NCBI GenBank assembly: GCA_046758445.1
Contig: JBHIAE010000010.1
Location: 8,686 to 72,685 of the forward strand
Reading direction: 5' to 3'
Source: Candidatus Thorarchaeota archaeon
GTDB lineage: Archaea > Asgardarchaeota > Thorarchaeia > Thorarchaeales > Thorarchaeaceae
DNA length: 64,000 nt
Under the pieces are notes generated by a model that was not told the DNA's origin, made no database searches, and saw nothing but the letters and a program-made list of their open reading frames with translations. This document shows, one piece after another, positions 9,782 through 19,226 of this stretch (within the stretch, counting starts at the first letter, position 1; the number at the start of each line of letters is the position of its first letter). A program made the translations under genes and the position numbers.

Positions 9782-10813
9782 CTAGTAGCTACCTATCGCA
9801 CTCTCGCGTCGGGTGGAATAGTCGCTTGGATAACTGAAAGTAGTGGCTATGCGATTGACACCAGCGTCTTTGGCCAACGCCTTTAGCTCCAGGAGCTGCT
9901 CGATTGACGTGACCCCCCATCGGAAGAGTGTGGCCATTCCACCACGGCGCTGAAACTCATTGGTGAAGTATAGAGATTCAATCAGCTCATCATACTCACC
10001 AGAACCTTCACTAGGCAGAATGGGACTCCATGGATAGAGATTGATGAGGACATTCCCAGTGATATCTAGGATGCTATTGTAGTCGTAGCCGTATTGACAC
10101 TTGGCACCCTCGGAGAATCCTGTTTCAGGATCTAGAAGTACTTCAACCGAGATGCGCAGAGGATTCTCCCTGCCAACCTTCTCATCGGCATCACGTGCGG
10201 CCTCTTGCAGATGCTTGAGCCCCTGATTCACCTTGCCTGTCCGCCACTCGTGCCATTTGTCATGGTGCTCTGGTTCCTCAGTTATGTATTCATACGTCAA
10301 ACGATTTGGCTCTTGACCGACCATGGGTGCAAACTCGTTCCTGCACCTCTCACAGAAACAGAAGTGATCACGTATGAAGCCTGCACCGAAAAGCAGTATC
10401 TCATCAATGGGATAGGAGGCTAGCTCGCTGACAATCTCTGCGCCATATGCCCAAAACTCCTCTCTGTTCGGACATATCTGGTGAGGCATCACCTCGCCCC
10501 GCGGCGCGATCGTGAAGTACTTGGGGTCCTTTGCGAACCATGCATCCGTATAGAAGTCCATACCGGCAACAGTATGAATGTCCAGAGTGTTGGAGAGACT
10601 GATGAGTTCCTCAAAGAGTTGAGTGTGCTCCTCGTTCACAGGGGCTGTGCGGCTTGGATACATGGCATGTCCTGTGGGTGCCTTTCCGACAATTCCAATC
10701 GATTCCATGTAAGACGCAAAGTTCGATATGAATTCCTTCGCAGACATTTCGATTTCAGTAGGTCTCAAGAGAATGAGGGGTTTGTGTAGGAAGAATTCCC
10801 TGAAATTAGGCAT
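9782..10813 (-). CDS. Glycoside-hydrolase-like (GHL10/DUF4015-type) TIM-barrel protein
   Basis: ICPNREE, CFCERC, WHEWR pattern typical of GHL10-like proteins. Confidence 0.5.
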   Translation of the reverse strand: MPNFREFFLHKPLILLRPTEIEMSAKEFISNFASYMESIGIVGKAPTGHAMYPSRTAPVNEEHTQLFEELISLSNTLDIHTVAGMDFYTDAWFAKDPKYFTIAPRGEVMPHQICPNREEFWAYGAEIVSELASYPIDEILLFGAGFIRDHFCFCERCRNEFAPMVGQEPNRLTYEYITEEPEHHDKWHEWRTGKVNQGLKHLQEAARDADEKVGRENPLRISVEVLLDPETGFSEGAKCQYGYDYNSILDITGNVLINLYPWSPILPSEGSGEYDELIESLYFTNEFQRRGGMATLFRWGVTSIEQLLELKALAKDAGVNRIATTFSYPSDYSTRRESAIGSY

Positions 10814-10942
10814 TTTGTCAACTCCGCCGGCAGTGAAATGTCTGCGGCTGTCCTTTAGCGTTTGACCTGTTGTATGCTATAAGAATTTCTTCGACACTCC
10901 TAGTCGGGCTGGATTTGACTTAAGTCATAGCTGGTCTCAGGA

Positions 10943-13747
10943 TTAGAAGAACTTGTCAAGAGTAGTGAAGCCTAAGAGCTCCTCAAAGTCAATTCCAACG
11001 GAATCCAAGACCTGCTCGAACACTGAACGTAGTGTATCAAGATACTTCTCTTTGTCAATCCAATAGGCTCGATCCTGAGCAAGTTGAATCGGTAGCACTC
11101 CTCCGTCACCTTTCGTCTTCATGTATTCCACGATGGTCCCAGGGGGAACCTCATAGCCCGCATCTCTGAGCATCTCTGCAGCCCTTACATGCTGCGGCTT
11201 TGATAGACCATAATCTCCCACGCGTTTGGTCATCTGGACTCGGAAGGCGAGCTCCTCGGGCGTGTAGGATTCGGTCTTCTCTTCCAGGCGGTCAATGACA
11301 GAGTTCACTATCTCCTTGATATCTTTCTTGGCAGTTTCAAACCCTTCCTCGCTCTCGACTCGGCTGAGAACGTCGAGCATCTTCTTGAATGCACCCTGTA
11401 CGAAATCGGGAGTATTACGTTTCTTCCCGCTCAAACCCTTGACTTCTACCCATCCGGACTCAAGGACGCCGATGTAGTTCTTCTTTCTCTCAGAGAGGGC
11501 CACATACTTGTAGGTCTTCTCAACCTCAAGATCAATTCCGAGCTCCTCTTGGGACCAGCGAACCAGCTCCGACTGCTGTTCCTCTGTTGGATTGTCTAGA
11601 AAGACAGAGTCTGTGTCACCGTAGAGGACCTTGACTCCCATGGATTCAGCCTTCTCCTGCGTCTTGACAATGGCATTGCGTCCATAGGCAGTGACACTTT
11701 CAGCTGCAGGCATGCAGAACAGCTCGAAGTGCTGCGCTCCTGTCACGCCATAGGATGCGTTCAGGAACACCTTCAGTGCTTTCTCAACGACGCCGTACCA
11801 GTTCATCGTTTCTTCGCCGAGAGACTTGTCCTTACTCTTGGGCTTGAACCAGTTCACGCGAGTATCTCTGAAAAAGCCAATCGTCTGACTGATCATCCCC
11901 TTGCGTTCACTACACACCCAATGGTCTGTTTCGGGAACACGATTATTCGGATCTAGTTTGCAGGATTCGTGAGGACAGTCGATTGTTTCATAGCTGATGT
12001 TGTGATGCTTCATGATTGTCGGGTACAGACTGGCAAAATCGAGAACTGTCGCTTTGAAGTGCACTCCCGCAACAGGTTCTATCACAATCGCACCCTTGAA
12101 GCTCTTATCCTTGATGATCGCCTCCGTCTGCGCTTCCGCTGACTTCACACTATCGATATCGACACGCCGAGGAATCAAGTATCCCTGTGACCTATGCTCC
12201 TGCCGAAACAATGATTGAATCCATGAGGAGATGTACAGTCTCGTCACGTCTTCCATTGAAAGGCGTGAGATTCGCATCAGAAGAACAATCAGACGTAGGA
12301 GAAGATTGTTGTCGAAAGTAGTGAGTTGTAGAGTCAGATTAGTATCACGCCAGCAATAGTGAGCAAGTTCGTGATATGGCAGTGAGGAGATGTCAGTGCT
12401 GAGCTCGAGCTTCCCGATACCGAGCAGACCCTTGGTGATTGATTCCAGATTGAATTGCTCGTAGGCGCCCGACAGCGCGTAAAGGCGAATTGAGGGATTC
12501 TTCAAGAACCGATACAAGTCGACGTGCACACCTCTCTGAAGCAGTGCAACATCTCTCCCTAGGTATATAGGACACTGCTTCGTCATGTCAATCCCAAGCC
12601 TCTCTGCACGGTGATACAAGTAGCTTAGATCGAATGCGTCCCCCACAAACGTCAAGACGATTGGATAGCTATCGATTGTTTTGAACGCATCGACAAGCAT
12701 CTCCTTCTCATCATCATAGAAAACAATCTCCATCTCTGGCGGGTAATCTTTGCTCTTCGGGCCCTCTGATATCCCCGCCCTTTTCAGAAGGAAGCACTTG
12801 TCGCAGCCTTCATTGTCAGAGAGTCCAATAGCAATCACTTCATACGGTGCAGTCCTCGCATCTGGAATCCTGTTCTTCACAGGTGTATAGACCTCAATGT
12901 CAATTGCAATACGGCGAATGTCGGGTACTTCGGTGAACAACATAGGAGCATACTCAGAGATCAATCTCTCAGTGCCCTCTTCGGCACCAATTGCGCTCCT
13001 AAACTCCCTGAGCAGTTTCTTGTCAAGTTCGGGTGAGCTCGGAACGAGGCTTCCTTTCTCAATTCTGTAAGGAAGACCTGATACTATGTTAGTGTCATAT
13101 GTGTAACAATTGCGATAGCGGATTGCGGCCTCCCATGCGTGACTAACGGTTTGGTCTCCAGAAGCATCTACCAGACGGTCTCTGATTGCTCCAGCGGATC
13201 CTCCAATAGAGAGTGGGTCACTAGCAATCACCTTGGTCATCTTCACAGGTTCATCCCGGAGTAGGTCGGTCAGCTCTACCTCCTCTGAATGTACAAACCC
13301 ACCGTGACGACCAATCTTCTGTTCCGCAATCTGCACTGGATAGTCGGTGTAGCAGTAGGGCTGATGGCCAGTGTTGTCAAACCAGAAGTAGATTCTCTTG
13401 TCATCAGGGTTGTAGAGCCTTGCGAACGCCTTTCTCTGAGCGCCTGCATAGTCAACAGAGAGGAGATAGGAGGGTGCTAGGTCTTCTGGAGTTTCCCGTT
13501 CACCTACACGCAGCTCTGAAACAGTTTCCTCTGTTTCATCAATCATAACTTTGTCTTCGATTTCTTCTTCCTCGGAGAGAGCATTGTGGGATTCAGATGC
13601 TTGTTCAATCTGATTCTCCTTCGCTGGAATGGCTCCTTCTTTCGGAGGCTCCTCTGCCGGCTCTTCTGACTCATCGACCTCGGATGAGTCGAAAAAATCC
13701 TCAAGACTCGACTGGGAGTCGTCTTCGGGCCTCTTATCTTTCGCCAA
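10943..13747 (-). CDS. polB1: Family B DNA polymerase, PolB1 type
   Basis: Exo DIEV; DFASLYPTIM..NISYETIDC; KVFLNASYGV; YGDTDS; KGLSGKKRNTP. Confidence 0.93.
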   Translation of the reverse strand: MAKDKRPEDDSQSSLEDFFDSSEVDESEEPAEEPPKEGAIPAKENQIEQASESHNALSEEEEIEDKVMIDETEETVSELRVGERETPEDLAPSYLLSVDYAGAQRKAFARLYNPDDKRIYFWFDNTGHQPYCYTDYPVQIAEQKIGRHGGFVHSEEVELTDLLRDEPVKMTKVIASDPLSIGGSAGAIRDRLVDASGDQTVSHAWEAAIRYRNCYTYDTNIVSGLPYRIEKGSLVPSSPELDKKLLREFRSAIGAEEGTERLISEYAPMLFTEVPDIRRIAIDIEVYTPVKNRIPDARTAPYEVIAIGLSDNEGCDKCFLLKRAGISEGPKSKDYPPEMEIVFYDDEKEMLVDAFKTIDSYPIVLTFVGDAFDLSYLYHRAERLGIDMTKQCPIYLGRDVALLQRGVHVDLYRFLKNPSIRLYALSGAYEQFNLESITKGLLGIGKLELSTDISSLPYHELAHYCWRDTNLTLQLTTFDNNLLLRLIVLLMRISRLSMEDVTRLYISSWIQSLFRQEHRSQGYLIPRRVDIDSVKSAEAQTEAIIKDKSFKGAIVIEPVAGVHFKATVLDFASLYPTIMKHHNISYETIDCPHESCKLDPNNRVPETDHWVCSERKGMISQTIGFFRDTRVNWFKPKSKDKSLGEETMNWYGVVEKALKVFLNASYGVTGAQHFELFCMPAAESVTAYGRNAIVKTQEKAESMGVKVLYGDTDSVFLDNPTEEQQSELVRWSQEELGIDLEVEKTYKYVALSERKKNYIGVLESGWVEVKGLSGKKRNTPDFVQGAFKKMLDVLSRVESEEGFETAKKDIKEIVNSVIDRLEEKTESYTPEELAFRVQMTKRVGDYGLSKPQHVRAAEMLRDAGYEVPPGTIVEYMKTKGDGGVLPIQLAQDRAYWIDKEKYLDTLRSVFEQVLDSVGIDFEELLGFTTLDKFF

Positions 13748-13845
13748 ATCCTCTCACTGATATTGTGAAATGACTAGCCCTGATAAGCACTTCCAATTGT
13801 GAGAATGGCGAACCCTTCATTAATCAGGAAGGTTCTGCTGCCTTC

Positions 13846-14280
13846 ATGGTTCGTACAAAACTCACAGCTGTCAAGGGTGCCATAATCTCACGAATGGAGC
13901 CCGGAGAAGACATTCTCAATACAATTGAGACCGTGGCCGCAAATCATGGTATCAAATCAGGCCAACTCTCACTAATAGGAGCGGTTTCAAGGGCCAAACT
14001 TGGTTATTTTGACCGAGCTTCCGGAGAGTACAAGGATTTCGTGGTCGACAGAGATCTCGAAGTTGTTTCTTGCGTGGGAAACATCTCACACACAAGAGAT
14101 GGCAGACTAGTTGTTCATGCTCACATAGTGGTTGCTGACGAAAACGGCAAATGCTACGGAGGTCACCTATTGGCCGGTTGCGAGGTTTCAGTCACCATCG
14201 AGCTAGTGATTCTTGAAATGGAATCCGAGATCTTCCGAGCGAAGGACGAGCTGACTGGCCTAAACCTCATGGACATCTAG
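13846..14280 (+). CDS. PPC domain (DUF296) protein
   Basis: IGAVS..LGYFD, EVVSCVGNIS, HAH, GGHL. Confidence 0.88.
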   Translation: MVRTKLTAVKGAIISRMEPGEDILNTIETVAANHGIKSGQLSLIGAVSRAKLGYFDRASGEYKDFVVDRDLEVVSCVGNISHTRDGRLVVHAHIVVADENGKCYGGHLLAGCEVSVTIELVILEMESEIFRAKDELTGLNLMDI

Positions 14281-14293
14281 CCGTTGGTGCATT

Positions 14294-14731
14294 TCAGACA
14301 CTTGGACTGGCCTCTCCGATAAGCTTGGCGAGATTGTCAAGTTCATCCCTTGGTGCTATTTCATCCCGGTATCCAGGGGGAAACTTGAAACCAAATGCGT
14401 CACCACTGTTTCGAGGAATTATGTGAAAATGGAGATGAGAGACCTCTTGACCAGCACCAGGACCGTTGGCTGCCACGTTCAGGACGCCTTGTGGACCAAG
14501 TACGGTATTGACCTTACGTGTGAGCTTGGCCAGACGCTTACTCAGATGAGCGAGAAGTTCGAGGTCAATGTCGAATAGGTTGACGTAGTGCTCCTTTGGA
14601 ATCAGAAGACAATGGCCTTTGGTTACCGGAAAGATGTCCATGAATGCCATTGAGAGGTCGTCTTCAAAGATGACAGAAGCGGGCATCTCTCGGTTGACGA
14701 TTTTGCAGAACACACAATCATTCATAGTCAC
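14294..14731 (-). CDS. hit: HIT family nucleotide hydrolase
   Basis: CVFCKI, DIFP..GHCLLIPKEH, AGQEVSHLHFHIIPR. Confidence 0.92.
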   Translation of the reverse strand: MTMNDCVFCKIVNREMPASVIFEDDLSMAFMDIFPVTKGHCLLIPKEHYVNLFDIDLELLAHLSKRLAKLTRKVNTVLGPQGVLNVAANGPGAGQEVSHLHFHIIPRNSGDAFGFKFPPGYRDEIAPRDELDNLAKLIGEASPSV

Positions 14732-14843
14732 AGGCGAAGCAGAATAGCGTGATAAAACATTTGAACCCTAGAGGATACCTGCGCAAGTCTCATTAGTTGT
14801 CCCTCATGCACTCTAATCATACAGGACAGTAGGTGCCCCAGCC

Positions 14844-16010
14844 TTGAGCGGAAGAAGGAAACTAGTCTTCTTTGACCAGACACAAAATGAGCGCGGCAGA
14901 ATAGACACCACATATTCGGAGCTTGCCAAACTCCTAAGAAACAATGATTTCGATGTTGAACCATACACCGAGTTCATGATTCTTGCAAAGAACATTGAGA
15001 ATGCTGATGTCATCGTCTTCGGTTGTCCGAATAGCTCGAAGCTTAGACCTGCTGAAATCGATGTCCTAAAACGATACGTGCAGAAGGGTGGAGGCCTATT
15101 ATTGCTCTCTCTATCCGGAGGGGACAGAGGCCTCATGAACAACATGAGCCAAATCTCGAGAGGTTTTGGAATAAGCTTCGAGAACACCGCGTTCCGTGAT
15201 GAACGTAGTAATGCGGGAATCCCCACAATGCCCATCATCACAGACCTAATATCGCATCCTGTCAATGAAGGGATAGAGGACTTGCTTGTGCCATCAAGTT
15301 GTACATTGAAGGTCACTGCGAAGGGGACGGTTCTTGCCTCATCTTCAAACACAGGAGACCCTCCTAACAAACCGATTGTGGCCATTGCAGAACCCAAAAA
15401 GGGGCGGATGATCTGCGTAGGAAGTTATGAGGTATTCAGAAGAGGAGGCGGAATGAAACATCCAGGAAACAAGCAGTTTGCAGTTAATACGTTCAAGTGG
15501 CTGAGTGGAGAAGTCAGTCTTGTCAAACCTAGCGAAGTGGATGACGCAAAGAAGGTAACGGCAGCCAAGGCTAGGGTTTCCAAGAGAGAAGCTGCAGAGA
15601 TGGAGAAGACTATGCGGAGACTCGTAAACGCAGTCTTCGACCTACAAAAGGACATAGGAAAGGTCGCCAAACAAGTGACGAATGTGGAGAGGAATGTCGA
15701 GCTGTTGCGAGATCAGTTTCAAGATTTCGCTGAAAAGACGCAGACCCAACTGGGCGTGATGATTCCAGCGGGGCAATTCAGGACTGAGGAGGAGAATCAG
15801 GCCGCAGAGATTGAGGCTGACATTAAAGCGCTGGAGAAAGAAGTTAGGTCAGTTCGCCAGCTTAGAGATCACGTTGAAGGGAAACATTCCTCCGGGGCTA
15901 TGCCCAAGGAAACTTACATGGAGCAGGCAGAGAAACTAGATGGAAGACTGAGGAGTCTTGAGAAGAGACTCAAGGGTCGGAAGAAGGAATTAGAGAAGAT
16001 TCTCAGTTAG
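14844..16010 (+). CDS. GIFT (GldG/IFT52)-like domain + coiled coil + helical-hairpin protein
   Basis: VFFDQTQNE, DVIVFGCP..L..EIDVLKRYVQKGGGLLLL..GGD..NMSQISRGFGISF; heptad-rich C-terminal half; no signal peptide or TM helix. Confidence 0.6.
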   Translation: MSGRRKLVFFDQTQNERGRIDTTYSELAKLLRNNDFDVEPYTEFMILAKNIENADVIVFGCPNSSKLRPAEIDVLKRYVQKGGGLLLLSLSGGDRGLMNNMSQISRGFGISFENTAFRDERSNAGIPTMPIITDLISHPVNEGIEDLLVPSSCTLKVTAKGTVLASSSNTGDPPNKPIVAIAEPKKGRMICVGSYEVFRRGGGMKHPGNKQFAVNTFKWLSGEVSLVKPSEVDDAKKVTAAKARVSKREAAEMEKTMRRLVNAVFDLQKDIGKVAKQVTNVERNVELLRDQFQDFAEKTQTQLGVMIPAGQFRTEEENQAAEIEADIKALEKEVRSVRQLRDHVEGKHSSGAMPKETYMEQAEKLDGRLRSLEKRLKGRKKELEKILS

Positions 16011-16017
16011 TCGGCTC

Positions 16018-17508
16018 CTACTCTCGATTCCTAGCTGCGGCCCGATTCCGGATTTGTGTGTCGAGTCTTCTGATTGGGGAAGTGACCCTTTGATATACTT
16101 CTGAGAAGGGCTTATGAAGGACGTAACCGAGAATGATTAGAAAGAGGAACAGCAGGTAGAAGTTGCGATCAGGCACCAACACAAGGAAACTGATCAATAG
16201 TGGGACGGCAATCATAGGCAGGGAAATCCTTGCGGAATATGGCTCCCGCCGGCAAATTGCGGATGTTGACATGATGCTAAAGAATGGAACAAGCGCAACC
16301 ATGTAGTACTTGTAGATGCCCCGAGGCGAGAAGAAATGTGCCCAGAACAGCAGGACTAGGGTCAGGAAGAGCATTCTTCTCCAGTAGCCCTCAAGGTTGC
16401 GATCATCCTTCACCTCAAGAAGCATCATAGCTAAGAGCGGCAGTATACCCAAAGTCAATGCGACCGAATAGTAGGTGATTAGATTCACTGCTTGGATAAG
16501 CCATTCGGGAGCACCAAGGATAATCAGTACAACTGCGGGCGTTATTGGGTTGTTTATGGGAGGCGGAGTTGTGAGGTCTCTTAGCAAGGTAGCACCAACG
16601 CGCTGAAAGATATAGAAGAAGTAGTTGGAGAAATCAATGAGGTATGGCATAGAGAGAGCGCCTGCAAAGAGCAATACAATGATGGCAATCTTGGCGAATC
16701 CTTTGAGGTCGAAATCATCACTTGTAGGTTTCTTTGTAGTCGACTCTGTGTCCTCTGAATCATCACCCATTTCTAGTGGTCCTGGAGGTTTCTTTAGTAG
16801 CACTGCAACGAGTGGCAAAGCCAGAAAGAATGCCGTTTGTTTGAAGAATGCAGCTGTGGTCAACGCGAGAGCTCCAGAAACGCGTCTGTTCTTAATGACG
16901 AGGTAGAATGAGAGTACCGCAAAGAAGACAAAAGGTGCGGGATTCAGCCATTCGAAAGCAGTATGGTAAAGGACTATGGGGTTTAGCAGATACATAGCGG
17001 CTGATACTGCTCCCACATCTCGGTTCTGTGAGAGGTATGTCGCAATCCCGTAGACAGGGAACGACGTGAGAAATCCAAACCCTGAGATCAGCAGGCCGAT
17101 ACCGATGTCTGGGTGGATTATCTCACCAAGAGCGCACATGTAGACGTACAGCGGCGGAAAGAAGTAGATAACATTGTACTCTGTGCTACCTCGAAACAGC
17201 CGATTGAAATCATCTGTATAGGGCATGCGACCGCTCAGAAACTGATCTGCCCAGCTATGGTAGAAGTAGTCATGGTCTGCCCAGCCCTCAAAATGCACTG
17301 CAAGTGTATAGCCGAAGATGTCGATGCTACCCTCGCCATTCCAGACAGCTCTTGGCCAGTTCGGGTTTGCGACAAACTCAGTAGCGGCTCGGATGAACAT
17401 CATCGTCCATACAAATGAGGCTGTGACAATAACAATCAGAAAGAGCCAGTGTCTACGTATTAGGACCAATAAGCGGTCCGATGTTCCACTTGATTGTTTG
17501 CTCATCAA
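16018..17508 (-). CDS. Polytopic GT-C-fold glycosyltransferase (GT87/PIG-M-like)
   Basis: EGWADHDYFY, GRMPY, YFFPPL, YLLNP, FFKQ, RGIYKYY; many TM segments. Confidence 0.7.
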   Translation of the reverse strand: MMSKQSSGTSDRLLVLIRRHWLFLIVIVTASFVWTMMFIRAATEFVANPNWPRAVWNGEGSIDIFGYTLAVHFEGWADHDYFYHSWADQFLSGRMPYTDDFNRLFRGSTEYNVIYFFPPLYVYMCALGEIIHPDIGIGLLISGFGFLTSFPVYGIATYLSQNRDVGAVSAAMYLLNPIVLYHTAFEWLNPAPFVFFAVLSFYLVIKNRRVSGALALTTAAFFKQTAFFLALPLVAVLLKKPPGPLEMGDDSEDTESTTKKPTSDDFDLKGFAKIAIIVLLFAGALSMPYLIDFSNYFFYIFQRVGATLLRDLTTPPPINNPITPAVVLIILGAPEWLIQAVNLITYYSVALTLGILPLLAMMLLEVKDDRNLEGYWRRMLFLTLVLLFWAHFFSPRGIYKYYMVALVPFFSIMSTSAICRREPYSARISLPMIAVPLLISFLVLVPDRNFYLLFLFLIILGYVLHKPFSEVYQRVTSPIRRLDTQIRNRAAARNRE

Positions 17509-17602
17509 TCTAGCTCCTCGTCAGGGTGTAGCCATCGACATCTTGATTCTCGGAGTGAGTGTTCAGACTACCATTGGGGTATGCATATGAATGCATTCTC
17601 TC
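17456..17602. repeat. 147-bp direct repeat, copy 1 (duplicated GT-C gene junction)
   Basis: Ungapped match to 19080-19226 with about 27 mismatches in 147 by manual count. Confidence 0.9.
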
Positions 17603-17708
17603 TTCGCCTCTGACATTGCCTTCCAATGAACACCGAAATCATCATGTGTTGTAGCGTCAGGGAGTAACTGGACTCAAAAAGGTCCCGTCGGAGAGTCACT
17701 CGAGTGAG

Positions 17709-19049
17709 GTGACTGCAATCCCAAAGAAAAAGGACATAGATAGCCTCCTTGGAAACGCTAGGAGCATGTTGGCACAGGGAAGACTCGGTGACGCTCATGA
17801 TCATGCAAAACGTGCCCTCAGCATTGCGACTGATATACTGCAGATCGCGGAAATACAGATGTTGTTGGGAGAGGTCTTCCGAAGTAGGGAAGAATGGAGT
17901 ACGGCTGTGGCCCATTTCAGAAAGGCCACAGAGATTGACACTGAGAACAAAGAGGCATGGCTCGGTCTTGCAGAGTCCTTGGAGAGTTCCGGGAAGGGAG
18001 ATGATTGGAAGACTGCAGCCGAGAAGACAGTCCAACTGGGAGGAGGCGATTCAAGCCTCCGTTCTAAACTAGCTGATTACATTGCAGTCGACGAGGGGAC
18101 CGACCGGGCCAAGGTCCAAATCGCCCTCAACCAGAACGAGGAAGCGGAGAAGACTCTCAAGGAGCTGATTCCCTTGCTTCCTAGTGATCCGAAAGGCAAC
18201 GATGAATTGCGATGGACAACCGTTCTCCTTCAGCTGGGCCAAGTTAAGAGAAGATTGGGCAAGTATGAGGAGTTGGAAGCTTGTTCTAAGAAACTCCTGA
18301 GCTTCAAGAAAGTCCATGATGTACTTCTATTTCGAGGCATTATGAACATCAAAGTTGACCTCGCTGTGGCTCTCAAGGGACAGAACAAGATGGAGGAGCT
18401 AGATACTCTCGTGAAAGAGGTCCTAGCCGTTACACCAGATGATTCAGAAACGCTGTTTCAGAAGGGTCTTCTTCTCGGCTCAATAGAGCATCATTATGAG
18501 GCGGTCAAATACCTTCGTCAAAGTCTGAAGATGGACCGATTTGATGCAAGAGCCATGCATAGGCTCAAGTTTGAACTCGAAACAATTGGCGATGCAAGAA
18601 CGCAGTTCTGGTGTCCACACTGCCAGGAGAAATACACTATCCCAGTCTATCCAACAGACCCAGCTGGAATCCCGACCATGGTGTTCTATATCAAGACAGA
18701 GGACGTAATCCCAGACAGTGTTAGACATGTATCGTGCCGGTCATGTGGCAGAATGACTGCTCTCATACTCTGGGTGTGTAGAAACTGCCTAGAGGGTTAT
18801 GCTGGGTCACTCCAAGTTAGAGTCGATCCAGCCTCTCCAATAGTCCGAGGACAAGGGCGCGAAACATACTATCATCGCGTGGGTAGGGCCTGTGACTCGT
18901 GCGAAGAGAATGAACCACGTGTGCACATCAGAAATAAGGATCCTAGAGAGAAACGTTTCTTCGAAGGTATGTTGACACTTAGGCCAGACCTGGTCGAACA
19001 GATTCGCGTCTTTGACCAAGTAGAGAGTGAAATGAATCAATTCGAATAA
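17709..19049 (+). CDS. TPR-repeat protein with C-terminal multi-CxxC zinc-binding region
   Basis: TPR-type helices (LGEVF..AVAHFRKATEID..AWLGLA; TLFQKGLLL..AVKYLRQSLKMD); CPHC, CRSC, CRNC, CDSC. Confidence 0.75.
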   Translation: MTAIPKKKDIDSLLGNARSMLAQGRLGDAHDHAKRALSIATDILQIAEIQMLLGEVFRSREEWSTAVAHFRKATEIDTENKEAWLGLAESLESSGKGDDWKTAAEKTVQLGGGDSSLRSKLADYIAVDEGTDRAKVQIALNQNEEAEKTLKELIPLLPSDPKGNDELRWTTVLLQLGQVKRRLGKYEELEACSKKLLSFKKVHDVLLFRGIMNIKVDLAVALKGQNKMEELDTLVKEVLAVTPDDSETLFQKGLLLGSIEHHYEAVKYLRQSLKMDRFDARAMHRLKFELETIGDARTQFWCPHCQEKYTIPVYPTDPAGIPTMVFYIKTEDVIPDSVRHVSCRSCGRMTALILWVCRNCLEGYAGSLQVRVDPASPIVRGQGRETYYHRVGRACDSCEENEPRVHIRNKDPREKRFFEGMLTLRPDLVEQIRVFDQVESEMNQFE

Positions 19050-19079
19050 TCCGCTACCCTTCCAACGGCAGCATCCGTT

Positions 19080-19226
19080 CGCATCAGGACCAGTAAGCGG
19101 TCTGTTCTTCCACTTGATTGGCTGCTCATCAATCTAGCCCCTTGTTGCAGTATCGCCTTCGACATCTTGTTCTTTGGACTGAGTGTTTAGACTCTCATCG
19201 GGGTACGCATATGAATGCATTCTCTC
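19080..19226. repeat. 147-bp direct repeat, copy 2
   Basis: Matches 17456-17602, e.g. shared TTCCACTTGATTG, TGCTCATCAATCTAGC and GCATATGAATGCATTCTCTC. Confidence 0.9.

Noticed and set aside
10943-13747. Intein in PolB (and in the helicase at 33745-36417)
   Set aside because: Catalytic motifs are contiguous; the extra length is an N-terminal extension; no C...HN splice motifs seen
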